This document shows, one piece after another, positions 18,654 through 31,105 of a DNA stretch of 64,000 nucleotides. Under the pieces are notes generated by a model. The model was not told the DNA's origin. It saw only the letters and a program-made list of their open reading frames with translations, and made no database searches. The number at the start of each line of letters is the position of its first letter. Position 1 is the first letter of the stretch. The translations under genes and the position numbers were made by a program. The stretch spans positions 2,042 to 66,041 of the forward strand of contig JARRCM010000009.1 of the NCBI GenBank assembly GCA_029982205.1, in the 5' to 3' direction. Source of the stretch: Thermosediminibacterales bacterium (GTDB lineage Bacteria; Bacillota; Thermosediminibacteria; Koleobacterales; JARRCM01).

Positions 18654-19517
18654 TTATTTAAGCTGATCCTCGCTTTTTCCTGCATCAGGGAAAAACAAAG
18701 GCTGCCCATATTTATCCTTGCCAAAGTCTTTGATTATCTTTTGGGCTTTTTCCGAAACCATAAAATCTACAAACGCTTTTCCTCCATCAGCGTTTACTTT
18801 GTCAAATTTTTCAGGATTTACCTGCATTACATGGTAGATGTTCATGAGCATCGGATCACCTTCAACTAATATTTCCAACGCCAGATTTTCCTTGAGGGAA
18901 AGATAAGTTGCCCTGTCCGTTAATGTATATCCGTTTTTCTCAGATGCGATTTTTAAGGTTTGACCCATACCAGCACCTGCTTCTTGATAAAATTTGCCCT
19001 GCGGGGTGAGCCCGGTTTTTCCCCAGATGGCTTTTTCTTTTTTATGTGTCCCTGAATCATCACCCCGTGATATAAACAAGCACTGTTTTTCGTATATGGA
19101 TTTAAATGCTTCAGCCACGTCATTGAGCCCTTTTATACCTGCAGGGTCACCGGAAGGCCCAACTACAACAAAATCATTGTGCATAACCAATTTACGGTTT
19201 ATGGCAGATTTGTTTTCCACAAGGGGTATTTCCGCATCTGGAGCGTGAACAAGTAATACATCAGCTTCACCGTTATCTCCCATTTTAAGTGCTTTACCCG
19301 TACCTACTGCTATAGGTTTTACCATATAACCTGTTTGTTCTTCAAAAACCGGAATCAAAACATCTAACAACCCACTGTCATATGTAGATGTGGTTGTGGC
19401 TAAAATAACCTCCTTTTTAACGGGTGCTTGAGGTTGTTGTGTATGGCTGCAGCCAACCAATAAACCAAAAACAAGCAAAACTGCTAACAAACCTGAAACA
19501 AATCTTACTTTTTTCAT
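18654..19517 (-). CDS. tupA: Tungstate-binding lipoprotein
   Basis: ATTTSTYDSGLL (TTTS), AVGTGKAL, SRGDDSGTH. Confidence 0.95.
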   Translation of the reverse strand: MKKVRFVSGLLAVLLVFGLLVGCSHTQQPQAPVKKEVILATTTSTYDSGLLDVLIPVFEEQTGYMVKPIAVGTGKALKMGDNGEADVLLVHAPDAEIPLVENKSAINRKLVMHNDFVVVGPSGDPAGIKGLNDVAEAFKSIYEKQCLFISRGDDSGTHKKEKAIWGKTGLTPQGKFYQEAGAGMGQTLKIASEKNGYTLTDRATYLSLKENLALEILVEGDPMLMNIYHVMQVNPEKFDKVNADGGKAFVDFMVSEKAQKIIKDFGKDKYGQPLFFPDAGKSEDQLK

Positions 19518-19578
19518 ATGACTTCTACCTCCAGTTTCTAATTTTAAACCACCCCTTACCCGTTAAGAAAGACCTTAT

Positions 19579-19613
19579 AAAAAAATAAACTAAAGCTACA
19601 TTGCTTTAGTTTA
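19579..19613 (-). terminator. Attenuator terminator downstream of Moco/Tuco RNA
   Basis: TAAACTAAAGC-loop-GCTTTAGTTTA followed by T7, upstream of tupA. Confidence 0.8.
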
Positions 19614-19621
19614 CGCAATCT

Positions 19622-19722
19622 AGCTCCTTTCCACAACGGGAGGCATATCGGTTACCCGGTATACCCTAACGGTCCGGTTATCCTTCAAAATTTTTCCTAT
19701 AGGATAAAAGGACTCGGAGCGG
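19622..19722 (-). ncRNA. Moco/Tuco (tungsten cofactor) riboswitch-like RNA motif
   Basis: Minus strand CTCCGAG...TAGGGT...GGTAAC...GCCTCCCGTTGTGGAAAGGAG, matching the Moco RNA conserved blocks; 5' of tupA. Confidence 0.82.
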
Positions 19723-19792
19723 TTATTCTTTTGTATTAAATATTATCACATTTCATGGCTTTTTTCAATACAAAAAAATTCTAACAAGAACT

Positions 19793-20683
19793 TTAAGTTT
19801 CCAATAGTTCCCTCAATCTGGGTATTATTTTTCTTGTAGCCCTTTCCCCTTTTTCTATGGCTTCTGGTATTCTGGTGAATTCCAGCAGACCCATATCATA
19901 TATTTCAGGGTCTATAACCAAATCTGCATATACATCCAGTTTGCAATCCGATAAGCTTTGACCCATTATATCAGCACTCTGGAGCAGGATTTCCAACATA
20001 GTATTAATGTTTTGATCATCCTGACTTGCAAATTTAAGGTCTACTGCAAGGACAACATCTGCACCCCAAATCCTAAGTATGTCTACAGGCACATTATCTT
20101 TTATGCCGCCATCCACCAGATATCTGTTTTTCAACTTTTTCGGTGCGAAAACACCTGGAATGGAAATGCTAGCCCTGCAAGCCTCCGCAATTGTTGCATC
20201 ATCAATAAATACCGTATCTTTGACATATGTTTTTGGAATATATTCCTTTCCTGTAAAAATGATTCTTTCCCCGCTGTTGATATCTGTCGCAGTAATAGCA
20301 AGAGGCATTGAGATCTGATTAAGCATCATTCCCTTTGTCATCATAAACAAAAGGTTCTCTATATAATTACCTTTTATCAAACCCAAAGGTAAACTTAACG
20401 AACATTTAAAAAGCGATTTTATACCCATCCAAATGATATTAAAAAAATTAACACTCCAATCTACTATGTTTTTTTTCTTCACATTGACAACTGCGGTTTC
20501 TATATCATTAAAACTTAATCCGGCCACAAAGAGTGATGCAACTATACTGCCGGCACTGGTACCTGCAATATAGTCAGGAAGTATGCCGTTTTCTTTTAAT
20601 ACTTTTAATACGCCTATATGTGCTGCTCCCCTTAAAGAACCACCGCTTAAAGCCAAACCTAACGTTTTTTTCTTCCCGAGCAT
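19793..20683 (-). CDS. Patatin-like phospholipase
   Basis: GGSLRG, GTSAG, DGG motifs. Confidence 0.9.
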   Translation of the reverse strand: MLGKKKTLGLALSGGSLRGAAHIGVLKVLKENGILPDYIAGTSAGSIVASLFVAGLSFNDIETAVVNVKKKNIVDWSVNFFNIIWMGIKSLFKCSLSLPLGLIKGNYIENLLFMMTKGMMLNQISMPLAITATDINSGERIIFTGKEYIPKTYVKDTVFIDDATIAEACRASISIPGVFAPKKLKNRYLVDGGIKDNVPVDILRIWGADVVLAVDLKFASQDDQNINTMLEILLQSADIMGQSLSDCKLDVYADLVIDPEIYDMGLLEFTRIPEAIEKGERATRKIIPRLRELLET

Positions 20684-20780
20684 TAAGACACCCCCTTTGT
20701 TTTATGTTATGCTTTAATTTCACAAGTTCTTATGTAATTATAGTATGCAGGGTATCTTTTATTAGTTCTCAATCCAAAAC

Positions 20781-20809
20781 AAAAAAGCTCGCCCTAAAGG
20801 GTGAGCTTT
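20781..20809 (-). terminator. lysS terminator
   Basis: AAAGCTCGCCC-taaa-GGGTGAGCTTT stem with T tract on minus strand. Confidence 0.75.
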
Positions 20810-20837
20810 ACTCAGGTATAGTTTACGGAGATATTAA

Positions 20838-22804
<1,967 letters not shown>

Positions 22805-22982
22805 TTTTTTCTCCCCTTTACTGTGCAGAAATGAAAGTATTAAATATATTTTCTAATATATGCCCTATCGATTGATTTTATTCAATACTGTTATATCGAT
22901 ATCTGTGCCATATATATCAGAAACAAGCACTGTAAGTTTGTCTTAGCAGTGCTTGTATAATTTGGTTTTTTCCCTTCATGTA

Positions 22983-23011
22983 ATTATAGTTTAATCGATA
23001 TTTGATGTCAA
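22983..23011 (-). promoter_or_regulatory. sigmaA promoter of greA-lysS
   Basis: Perfect TTGACA-N17-TATAAT. Confidence 0.85.
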
Positions 23012-23022
23012 GAAAATTCTTT

Positions 23023-23934
23023 TTAAAAGCCTTCATTTAAAACTTCAACCCTGGGTTTAAAACTCATTTTATTTAAGAGTTCTGAATAGTCCTGAGCTGT
23101 TATTTGGGAAAGGGGTTTTTTAATTAATGACACAAAAACACCTTCCATTACATTCGTTCCAAAAGACCTGCCGTTAAGGTTCGGAGTTGTTGTTACAAGT
23201 ATTGCTACTCCTCTCTGCTTTAAGTTTTCTATATCCTCACTCGTAACTGTATTTGTTATAATGGTTTTTCCTTTCATATCATAGGGCATGTATTTTTTGA
23301 TGAAATGGAAATCACCTGCGATGATTTCCGCTTCTTGATAGTATTTAGAGTACTTCGGATTGGTGACTTCTTGTTTCTTACCTGTCGGATATAAATATTT
23401 AAAGGGGAGCTTAACAATAATCGGTGCTAACAATCTTGCAAGCTTGTCTAAGGTTTTAAGAGATTTGATCTTTATAGGAATACCTAAAGCAAAAATCAGG
23501 TCTCCTAAAACAAGGTCACTTTTTAAACTTTCAAAAGTTTCGGCCATACCAAACCTATCCATGCCGCTTACCAGCAATACTTTCTTGTTTTTGAAACTCA
23601 TCCCCAGCTCATCATTAAGATATCTTATCACATTACGCTCTAAAGTGTTTTTTAACCCTGAACCATCAACAATGGGAGTTTTTTTGGCAGCCCTGGCGAT
23701 ATTCAAGGCATCTCTAAATGCATATTTTCTATTGCCAATACATATGTAAAGGTCTATTCCCCCCATTCCAAACGCATCAACTTTTCCGTCAAGTTTTCTT
23801 ATCAACTCTATAGCCTTTTTCATATCTCCGTCTGTGCCAATTCTTTCTATTTTAAACTTTTCTCCTAAAATTTCTGTTTCTACACTGTGATTACGTTTTG
23901 AAGAACCCAGACTTACACTTACTACATGTTTCAT
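23023..23934 (-). CDS. Conserved uncharacterised protein (often auto-annotated 'quinate 5-dehydrogenase')
   Basis: VSVSLGSSKR, RIGTDGD, GMGGID, VDGSGLKNTLE, DRFGM, GRSFGTNVME recalled from this family; function unverified. Confidence 0.7.
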   Translation of the reverse strand: MKHVVSVSLGSSKRNHSVETEILGEKFKIERIGTDGDMKKAIELIRKLDGKVDAFGMGGIDLYICIGNRKYAFRDALNIARAAKKTPIVDGSGLKNTLERNVIRYLNDELGMSFKNKKVLLVSGMDRFGMAETFESLKSDLVLGDLIFALGIPIKIKSLKTLDKLARLLAPIIVKLPFKYLYPTGKKQEVTNPKYSKYYQEAEIIAGDFHFIKKYMPYDMKGKTIITNTVTSEDIENLKQRGVAILVTTTPNLNGRSFGTNVMEGVFVSLIKKPLSQITAQDYSELLNKMSFKPRVEVLNEGF

Positions 23935-24470
23935 CAGTTCTTACCCCCCGTTTTTAAATTTTTTATCAGGTTTCGAACCTTATCAGGTTCCACGTAAACA
24001 TCTTCGGTTATGGGGGATTCTCCTATTACCAGAGGAAACACTTCTTTGTCAAGCAGAGCCTCAAAAATCTTTATCCTGTAATCAGAACCTATTATAACTA
24101 CAGTATCATATGACCTGATCTTAGCAGCCAGCTCCATAATTGTGTTAAAAAGGTCGATACCGCTTTTTTCTTCCACAAAATCCCATCTTTCTTTTTCTGT
24201 CATAATTATGCTGAAATCGACTCCCTCATCTCTTAAAACTTTTTTAATTTCATCAGTATTTTTTATTGGAAAACCAATAACTGCTATTCTTTCTCCTTTT
24301 CGCAATTCACCTAAACTCTCCAAACGTGAAATAAAAGTACGGGCTATACCTAATTTATCGGCAACATCCTGCTGGGAAAGGCCCTGGCTTCTGAGTTCAA
24401 GTATTTCCTTCGCAGATTTTTGTATTTTTACATAACTTATAAGTTTATCACCAATTCGATAAAAGTCCAA
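23934..24470 (-). CDS. XRE-like HTH regulator with uncharacterised C-terminal domain
   Basis: GLSQQDVADKLGIARTFISRLE; TGATG coupling to downstream gene; TTG start after GGGGG. Confidence 0.8.
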   Translation of the reverse strand: MDFYRIGDKLISYVKIQKSAKEILELRSQGLSQQDVADKLGIARTFISRLESLGELRKGERIAVIGFPIKNTDEIKKVLRDEGVDFSIIMTEKERWDFVEEKSGIDLFNTIMELAAKIRSYDTVVIIGSDYRIKIFEALLDKEVFPLVIGESPITEDVYVEPDKVRNLIKNLKTGGKN

Positions 24471-24520
24471 TCGTATACCCCCAGTCAAAATTTAACGTGC
24501 ACAATGCTGTGTTCAATAAC

Positions 24521-24549
24521 ATTGTATACTCATTTTTCTGAAAATGCAA
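24521..24549 (-). promoter_or_regulatory. sigmaA-like promoter of HTH operon
   Basis: TTGCAT-N17-TACAAT. Confidence 0.5.
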
Positions 24550-24623
24550 GATGTTTAATCGACTTAAGACCAAGGGCTTTCTGGAAACCTCTGAAGGTTT
24601 TTCCGTCCCGGCATGGCAGCAGG

Positions 24624-25601
24624 CTATTTAAATCCAGATTGAATTTCCTTCAGAAAATTTTTAAGTATATCTTTCATTCCTTGGGTATCATTACACTTAA
24701 AAACCTCCTGTTTTATTTTGGCAGAATTTTTAATCCCTTTCAAATACCATCCTATATGTTTTCTCATTTCTAAAACCCCTGCTTTTTCACCTTTAAACTC
24801 GATTACCATATCAAGATGTTCAATAGCTTTTAAAATTTTCTCTTCAGGAGTGGGTAAAGGTTTCTTAATTCTTTCGATTTGAAAAGAATTAACCCTGCTG
24901 AAAATCCACGGATCACCTAAAGCGCCACGTCCTATCATAACAGCATCACAACCTGTCTGTTGTAACATTCTTTCTGCATCTTCTGGAGATGTTACATCCC
25001 CATTCCCAATCACAGGAATATCAACAGCTTCTTTTACTTTTTTTATAATCTCCCAGTCTGCTTTACCGCTATAAAACTGGCTGCGGGTGCGGCCGTGGAT
25101 TGCTATGGCTTTCACTCCGGCAGCTTCAGCCCTTTGCGCAATTTCTACAGCATTAACTGAAGAGCTGTCCCACCCTTTTCGGATTTTTACAGTTACAGGT
25201 TTTTCTGTTGATTCCACTACTGATTTTATGATTTTTTCCGCTAAATCAGGGTCTTTCATCAATGCGGCTCCGCTGCCGTTGTTAACTATTTTAGGTGTAG
25301 GGCATCCCATGTTAATATCTATTATGTCAAAAGAATAATTTGAAACGATTTTTGCGGCTTTTGCCATTATCCCAGGGTCACTTCCAAAAATCTGAACTGC
25401 TACAGGTTTTTCCTCGTCTGCGGTTGCCAGAAGTCTTCTGGTTTTTTGGTTTTCATAATAAAGGCCATTAGCGCTTATCATTTCAGTATAAACGAGCCCG
25501 CAGCCTTCACGCTTAACCAACAATCTGAATGGGAGGTCTGTAACACCCGCCATCGGAGCTAATACCGTTTTGTTAAATATTTTTACTGTTCCTATCTGCA
25601 A
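24624..25601 (-). CDS. dusB: tRNA-dihydrouridine synthase
   Basis: APMAGVTD, DINMGCP, HGRT, GNGD, MIGRG. Confidence 0.96.
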   Translation of the reverse strand: MQIGTVKIFNKTVLAPMAGVTDLPFRLLVKREGCGLVYTEMISANGLYYENQKTRRLLATADEEKPVAVQIFGSDPGIMAKAAKIVSNYSFDIIDINMGCPTPKIVNNGSGAALMKDPDLAEKIIKSVVESTEKPVTVKIRKGWDSSSVNAVEIAQRAEAAGVKAIAIHGRTRSQFYSGKADWEIIKKVKEAVDIPVIGNGDVTSPEDAERMLQQTGCDAVMIGRGALGDPWIFSRVNSFQIERIKKPLPTPEEKILKAIEHLDMVIEFKGEKAGVLEMRKHIGWYLKGIKNSAKIKQEVFKCNDTQGMKDILKNFLKEIQSGFK

Positions 25602-25676
25602 GTGGATTCCTCCATTTTCAACAAAAAAGTTTTATCCAATAAAAAACTATTAATTATTTTAGCACAAACGTAAAAA

Positions 25677-25710
25677 TAAAATAAGAGGAAGCTTGGTTCC
25701 TCTTATTTTA
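25677..25710 (-). terminator. Terminator after coaX
   Basis: TAAAATAAGAGGAA-gcttgg-TTCCTCTTATTTTA inverted repeat. Confidence 0.7.
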
Positions 25711-25716
25711 TAGCCT

Positions 25717-26496
25717 TTATTTTTCTTTGTTTTTTTCATACAGAATTCTTAATCCTTCAAGTGTTAATAGGGGATTTACTTCATCAATATGTTTAGTTTC
25801 CCTGCTAATAAGGTTTGCCAATCCTCCGGTTGCAACAACAAAAATATTCTCATCGCCCATTTCCTGTTTAAACCTTGATACTATATAGTCCACCTGTCCA
25901 ATATAACCATACACTATCCCAGCCTGCATACTTGCAACGGTGTTTCTCCCGATTACCTTTTCCGGCTTAATCAGTTCTATTCTTGGGAGCTTAGCCGCTC
26001 TCTGGAAGAGTGCCTCGGTAGCTATCCCAATTCCAGGGCTGATTGCACCACCGAGGTAATCTCCATCTTTTGAAATAGCACAAAAAGTTGTAGCAGTCCC
26101 AAAATCAACAACTATAACCGGCCCTCCATAAATGTTATAAGCAGCCACGGCATTAACAATTCTATCAGCGCCTACCTCTTTAGGATTGTCATATCGTATA
26201 TTTATGCCAGTTTTAATTCCTGGGCCCACTATTATTGGTTCTACCCCGAAATATTTGACCGCCATCTTTTCAAAAATCGGCATTAATGGAGGCACCACCG
26301 ATGATATGATTACAGCTTTTATTAAATTCGTATCAAGGTTCTCATATTTAAACAGGTTGTTTATAAGCATGCCGAACTCATCTGAAGTCTGACGATGAGT
26401 TGAAACTCTCCAGTTTGTAACAAGGGTTTTCCCTTTATAAACCCCCATTACTATGTTTGTGTTTCCAATATCTACCGCAAGTATCAAACCGTTCAC
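25717..26496 (-). CDS. coaX: Type III pantothenate kinase
   Basis: DIGNT, SSVVP, VGADR, DFGTAT, ATGG. Confidence 0.97.
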   Translation of the reverse strand: MNGLILAVDIGNTNIVMGVYKGKTLVTNWRVSTHRQTSDEFGMLINNLFKYENLDTNLIKAVIISSVVPPLMPIFEKMAVKYFGVEPIIVGPGIKTGINIRYDNPKEVGADRIVNAVAAYNIYGGPVIVVDFGTATTFCAISKDGDYLGGAISPGIGIATEALFQRAAKLPRIELIKPEKVIGRNTVASMQAGIVYGYIGQVDYIVSRFKQEMGDENIFVVATGGLANLISRETKHIDEVNPLLTLEGLRILYEKNKEK

Positions 26497-26993
26497 CTTC
26501 TAAACCTTTGAATACCCTTAACCAATAAAACAGTAAGCAATACTGCCACAGCTATTTCAGGAATACCGTGGGTAATACCTATTCCTACAGCTGCTGCCAT
26601 CGGGAGATAGCCTTTTAATACAATCAAGCCTAAAACTCCGATGGTGTTTGTAGCAGTACCAATTACTGCTGCAGCGGCTCCGCTCTTTGTAATTCGGTAG
26701 GCCATATATGCCATAACCCCTATAAATACCCTGGGAAGGATTGAAATTATAGGATCGGCAAAAAACGCATTGGTGGCTCTAAGAAAACTGTGAACACCAA
26801 AAATCAGGCCCACCAATCCCCCTACTACCGGGCCCTCTAAAATCCCACCCAGAATAGCCGGAATATGCATTATAGTAGCATGGCCAGCCGGTGTGGGTAC
26901 CGGGATAAAGCCCAGAGGGGTCATTCCCAGAACAACAGCCACCGCACCCAACAAACCCGTAATGGCAAGCTGTCGGGTAGTTAGTTTGATCAT
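26493..26993 (-). CDS. panT: ECF transporter S component, pantothenate type
   Basis: TPLGFIP, ATIMHIP...G.LEGP, LPR, GT.TNT; overlaps coaX; ATG 26993 after GGAGGTG. Confidence 0.85.
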   Translation of the reverse strand: MIKLTTRQLAITGLLGAVAVVLGMTPLGFIPVPTPAGHATIMHIPAILGGILEGPVVGGLVGLIFGVHSFLRATNAFFADPIISILPRVFIGVMAYMAYRITKSGAAAAVIGTATNTIGVLGLIVLKGYLPMAAAVGIGITHGIPEIAVAVLLTVLLVKGIQRFRR

Positions 26994-27005
26994 ATCTTTC
27001 ACCTC

Positions 27006-27036
27006 CGTTCCAGTTCCCTTTCAAGGATACCGGACG
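27006..27036 (-). ncRNA. Bulged leader hairpin abutting the panT RBS (pan RNA motif-like)
   Basis: CGUCCGGU-A-UCCU-UGAAA-GGGA-A-ACUGGAACG with unpaired As; upstream of pantothenate genes. Confidence 0.5.
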
Positions 27037-27107
27037 TTTTTTGGAAAACTATATTAACTTTTTATCAATTATAATATTATCAGAAGAGTTTGTTTGAATC
27101 AAGGTTA

Positions 27108-27512
27108 TTACTCTTCCCTTTCGCTCAGTTCTACAAGTACTCCCTGTGTGGATTTGGGATGTATGAACGCTATATTTGCGCCACCGGCACCATATCTCGG
27201 TTTTTCATCGATCATCCGCATCCCTTTATCCTTCATTTCCTTGATAGCTTCTTCAATATTATCTACTCTAAAAGCTATATGTTGAATCCCTTGTCCTCTT
27301 TTTTCAATGAACTTTGCAATGGGGCTATCGGGGTCAGTGGGCTCCAGTAGTTCAATCTCAGTGTCTCCTATAGGCAAAAATGCAACTTTAACTTTCTGTT
27401 CTTCTACAATCTCAGTATCCGCAAGGTTAAGTCCCAAAACATCCGTATAGAGTTTTAAAGCTTCTTCCAGATTTGAAACAGCAATACCTATATGGTCAAT
27501 TTTCTTTATCAT
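27108..27512 (-). CDS. mce: Methylmalonyl-CoA epimerase
   Basis: [34 protein letters not shown]; next to mutase. Confidence 0.93.
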   Translation of the reverse strand: MIKKIDHIGIAVSNLEEALKLYTDVLGLNLADTEIVEEQKVKVAFLPIGDTEIELLEPTDPDSPIAKFIEKRGQGIQHIAFRVDNIEEAIKEMKDKGMRMIDEKPRYGAGGANIAFIHPKSTQGVLVELSEREE

Positions 27513-27548
27513 AAACAAGTCACTCCTTTTATGCTTTTTTATAAATCT

Positions 27549-29228
27549 TTATAATATTACATTTGCCTTATACTCTCCGAAAACTTCACGCAATACACCA
27601 CAGATCTCGCCCAATGTAGCGTATGCCTTGACACAATCCAAGATATACGGCATTAAGTTTTCATCTGTTTGGGCTGCTTTCTTCAGAGAAGCCAAAGTAT
27701 TATCTACTGCAATATTATCTCTGGTTTCTCTAAGCTGTTTCAGCTTTTTCTCCTGAAGTTCTCCAACGGCGGGGTCAACTTTTAGAAGGTCTTTTGGAGG
27801 TTCTTCCTCGATTTTGAATTTGTTTACACCTACCACTATCCTTTTGCCGCTTTCTACTTCTTTCTGATAATTATATGCACTATCTTGAATCTCTTTTTGA
27901 ATATATCCTTTTTCGATAGCTTTTGGCGCTCCACCCAGCTGATCGATTTTCTCAATGTATTCCATTGCCTCTTTTTCTATTCTGTTTGTCAGAGCTTCAA
28001 CATAATAGGAACCTGCAAGCGGGTCTATGGTTTCGGTTACTCCACTCTCATAAGCTATAATCTGCTGTGTTCTTAAAGCAATCCTTACTGAATCTTCACT
28101 CGGAAGAGCGAGAGCTTCATCCCTGGAATTGGTATGAAGTGACTGAGTTCCTCCCAAGACAGCAGCTAGTGCTTGAATGGTTACTCTTATAATATTATTA
28201 TCAGGCTGTTGTGCGGTCAATGTAGAACCACCTGTCTGAGTATGGAAACGCAGCATCATGGATTTTGGTTTTTTAGCTCCGAAGCGTTCTTTCATCAACC
28301 TTGCCCAGATTCTTCTGGCTGCTCTAAACTTGGCAACTTCTTCTAAAAGGTCATTATGTGCATTAAAGAAGAAGGAAAGCCTGGGTGCAAATTCGTCAAC
28401 TTCAAGCCCCGCTTTTATTGCTGCTTCTACGTAAGCAATACCATCCGCCAGGGTAAATGCTACTTCCTGAACAGCCGTTGAACCGGCTTCTCTTATATGA
28501 TAACCGCTGATGCTGATTGTGTTCCATTTAGGTACTTTTTGTGAACAAAACTCAAAAATATTAGTAATCAATCGCATTGATGGTGCTGGTGGAAAAATAT
28601 ATGTTCCTCGAGCAATATATTCCTTTAAAATATCATTTTGAATTGTCCCCCTGAGCTTATCAGAAGACACGCCCTGTTTTTCAGCAACTGCAATGTACAT
28701 AGCCAGAAGTATTGCAGCAGGTGCGTTAATAGTCATAGATGTACTAACCTTGTCTAATGGAATGCCATCAAACAAAATTTCCATATCCTGCAGAGAATCC
28801 ACAGCAACACCTACTTTGCCCACTTCGCCCTGGGCCAAAGGATGGTCTGAATCATATCCAATTTGAGTTGGCAGGTCAAATGCAACACTCAAACCAGTTT
28901 GCCCTTGTTCCAAAAGATATTTATACCTTTTGTTAGATTCTTCGGCAGTGGCAAAACCTGCATACTGGCGCATGGTCCAGAATCTGCCTCGATACATAGT
29001 CGGTTGAACGCCACGGGTGTAGGGATAACTTCCTGGGAAACCCAAATCTTTTGAATAGTCAAGGTTTTCCGTATCAAGTGGTGTATAGAGGCGTTCCACC
29101 TCCTTGCCGGAACCTGTTGTAAATTTTTCTTTTCTTTCAGGATACTTTTCTAGCGTTTTTTTCAATTCACCGTTTTCCCAATCAGACTTATTTTTGCGTA
29201 TTTCTTCAATTATTTCTTTCTTATACAT
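27549..29228 (-). CDS. Methylmalonyl-CoA mutase, substrate-binding (large) subunit
   Basis: [40 protein letters not shown]; no DxHxxG B12-binding domain. Confidence 0.93.
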   Translation of the reverse strand: MYKKEIIEEIRKNKSDWENGELKKTLEKYPERKEKFTTGSGKEVERLYTPLDTENLDYSKDLGFPGSYPYTRGVQPTMYRGRFWTMRQYAGFATAEESNKRYKYLLEQGQTGLSVAFDLPTQIGYDSDHPLAQGEVGKVGVAVDSLQDMEILFDGIPLDKVSTSMTINAPAAILLAMYIAVAEKQGVSSDKLRGTIQNDILKEYIARGTYIFPPAPSMRLITNIFEFCSQKVPKWNTISISGYHIREAGSTAVQEVAFTLADGIAYVEAAIKAGLEVDEFAPRLSFFFNAHNDLLEEVAKFRAARRIWARLMKERFGAKKPKSMMLRFHTQTGGSTLTAQQPDNNIIRVTIQALAAVLGGTQSLHTNSRDEALALPSEDSVRIALRTQQIIAYESGVTETIDPLAGSYYVEALTNRIEKEAMEYIEKIDQLGGAPKAIEKGYIQKEIQDSAYNYQKEVESGKRIVVGVNKFKIEEEPPKDLLKVDPAVGELQEKKLKQLRETRDNIAVDNTLASLKKAAQTDENLMPYILDCVKAYATLGEICGVLREVFGEYKANVIL

Positions 29229-29447
29229 TCCTTAACCTCCTCTTTTTCTTAAAACGATATTTTGATGGAAGTTTAAGAGTATTGAATACAATATACTTAT
29301 TCAATATAAAACTCATTTTCCCTTTTAGTTTTTCAAAAAAAATTTTTTATAAAACACAAATATTAAAGAACCCAACTTTTTTTAGCCGGGTTCTTCCAAT
29401 CAAGGGGCAATTATAATAAGAGGGCAATTATTTAAGTAGTCTATAAA

Positions 29448-30779
29448 CTAAAATACATCTAAATATTGATCAATTTCCCATTTATGCACCTGAGTTCTGT
29501 AGATATCCCATTCAATTGTCTTGGCTTTCACAAAATGTTCATAAGCATGTTTGCCTAAAGCTTCCTTAATAACTTCATCTTTAGCCAGATGTTCTAAAGC
29601 TTCTTTTAAGTTTGCAGGCAAACTTTCGATTCCTGCTTTTATGCGCTCTTGTTCAGTCATTTCATATATGTTATTAAAAGTCTGAGGGCCTGGATCTATC
29701 TTGTTTTTGATGCCGTCCAAACCGCTTTTAAGCATTACTGCAAGCGCCAAATAGGGATTTGCCGCCGGGTCCGGGTTTCTCAATTCTACCCTTGTTGCTA
29801 ATCCTTTTGCTGCCGGAACTCGAACTAAAGCACTTCTGTTTTTCCCTGACCATGAAATATACACAGGCGCTTCATATCCCGGCACGAGCCTTTTATACGA
29901 ATTTATCGTCGGGTTTGTTATTGCTGCAAAACTTTTGGCATGTTTTAACAACCCACCGATATAGTGCTTTGCAATTTCACTTAAACCAAGTTCACCATTC
30001 TCATCATAAAACACATTGTTCCCATCTTTAAATAATGATTGATGTGTATGCATGCCTGAACCGTTTATTCCAAATATAGGTTTTGGCATAAATGTAGCGT
30101 AGAGCCCATGCTCTTTCGCTATTGCTTTAGTCACAAACTTAAATGTGGCTATATTGTCAGCTGTTCTCAGTGCATCTGTATATTTGAAATCTATTTCATG
30201 CTGACCAGGCGCAACTTCATGGTGTGCAGCCTCAACTTCAAACCCCATTTTATCAAGCGCAAGCACTATGTCTCTTCGGGCATTTTCCCCTAAATCTACG
30301 GGTGATAAATCGAAGTAACCACCACCATCATGTGTCACCAGCATAGGCCTTCCCTTTTCATCGGTTTCAAAGAGGAAAAATTCGGGCTCTGGGCCTGCAT
30401 ACATAGTAAACCCAAGTTCTTTAGCCTCATTGATAACCTTCTTTAATATTCCACGGGGGCATCCTTCAAATGGTTCATTATCAGCAGTATAAACATCACA
30501 TATCAGCCTTGCTTCTGCTCCATCTTTAGGCCTCCAGGGAAGAACAACAAAAGTGTCATAATCAGGTTTCAGATACATGTCGGATTCCTGGATTCGTGTA
30601 AAGCCTTCAATAGAAGAACCGTCAAACATTATTTCCCCATCTAAGGCTTTTTCCAATTGTTCAACCGTTATGGTAACATTTTTAACTATGCCTAAAATGT
30701 CTGTAAATTGCAGTCTTATAAACTTTACATTTGAGTCTTGTGCTTTTCGTAAAATGTCATTTTTAGTTAATTTACTCAC
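29448..30779 (-). CDS. glnA: Glutamine synthetase type I
   Basis: [41 protein letters not shown]. Confidence 0.98.
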   Translation of the reverse strand: MSKLTKNDILRKAQDSNVKFIRLQFTDILGIVKNVTITVEQLEKALDGEIMFDGSSIEGFTRIQESDMYLKPDYDTFVVLPWRPKDGAEARLICDVYTADNEPFEGCPRGILKKVINEAKELGFTMYAGPEPEFFLFETDEKGRPMLVTHDGGGYFDLSPVDLGENARRDIVLALDKMGFEVEAAHHEVAPGQHEIDFKYTDALRTADNIATFKFVTKAIAKEHGLYATFMPKPIFGINGSGMHTHQSLFKDGNNVFYDENGELGLSEIAKHYIGGLLKHAKSFAAITNPTINSYKRLVPGYEAPVYISWSGKNRSALVRVPAAKGLATRVELRNPDPAANPYLALAVMLKSGLDGIKNKIDPGPQTFNNIYEMTEQERIKAGIESLPANLKEALEHLAKDEVIKEALGKHAYEHFVKAKTIEWDIYRTQVHKWEIDQYLDVF

Positions 30780-30803
30780 CTTGCTCTCTCCCTTCTAAAA
30801 ATA

Positions 30804-30826
30804 AATGTTAACATTATATTAACATT
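30804..30826. promoter_or_regulatory. Inverted repeat over glnA -10 (candidate GlnR operator)
   Basis: AATGTTAA-N7-TTAACATT overlapping the minus-strand promoter TTGACA(30844)-N17-TAATAT. Confidence 0.6.
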
Positions 30827-31034
30827 AAATTTTTATATTGTCAAGTTTATGTTATGTTTTTTTGATTTTTTAACAAAAATCTTGAGTTTATGCTGAGTTA
30901 AAAAACAAAATTTGACATAATCGTAATTAATTAATCTTTATTTTTACTTTTGCTTTTTTAATATAAACAAAATCTAAATATTTGAAATCCGTTTTCTTAC
31001 TAGTGATACTGTTCAAAAAAGTCCGTTTTTAAAA

Positions 31035-31063
31035 TTGACATTTATGTTTAATTTTGATACTAT
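31035..31063 (+). promoter_or_regulatory. sigmaA promoter of glnR
   Basis: TTGACA-N17-TACTAT with extended TG. Confidence 0.7.
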
Positions 31064-31105
31064 ATTTACACAACAATCTGCAAACCTAGGAGGGGGTAGG
31101 TTTTA

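Noticed and set aside
22805-22980. T-box for lysS
   Set aside because: No T-box consensus (AGGGTGGNACCGCG) found
29229-29447. Cobalamin riboswitch upstream of the mutase; GGGCAATTAT repeated at 29405 and 29422
   Set aside because: No B12-box features; a two-copy 10-mer next to the glnA terminator is too weak
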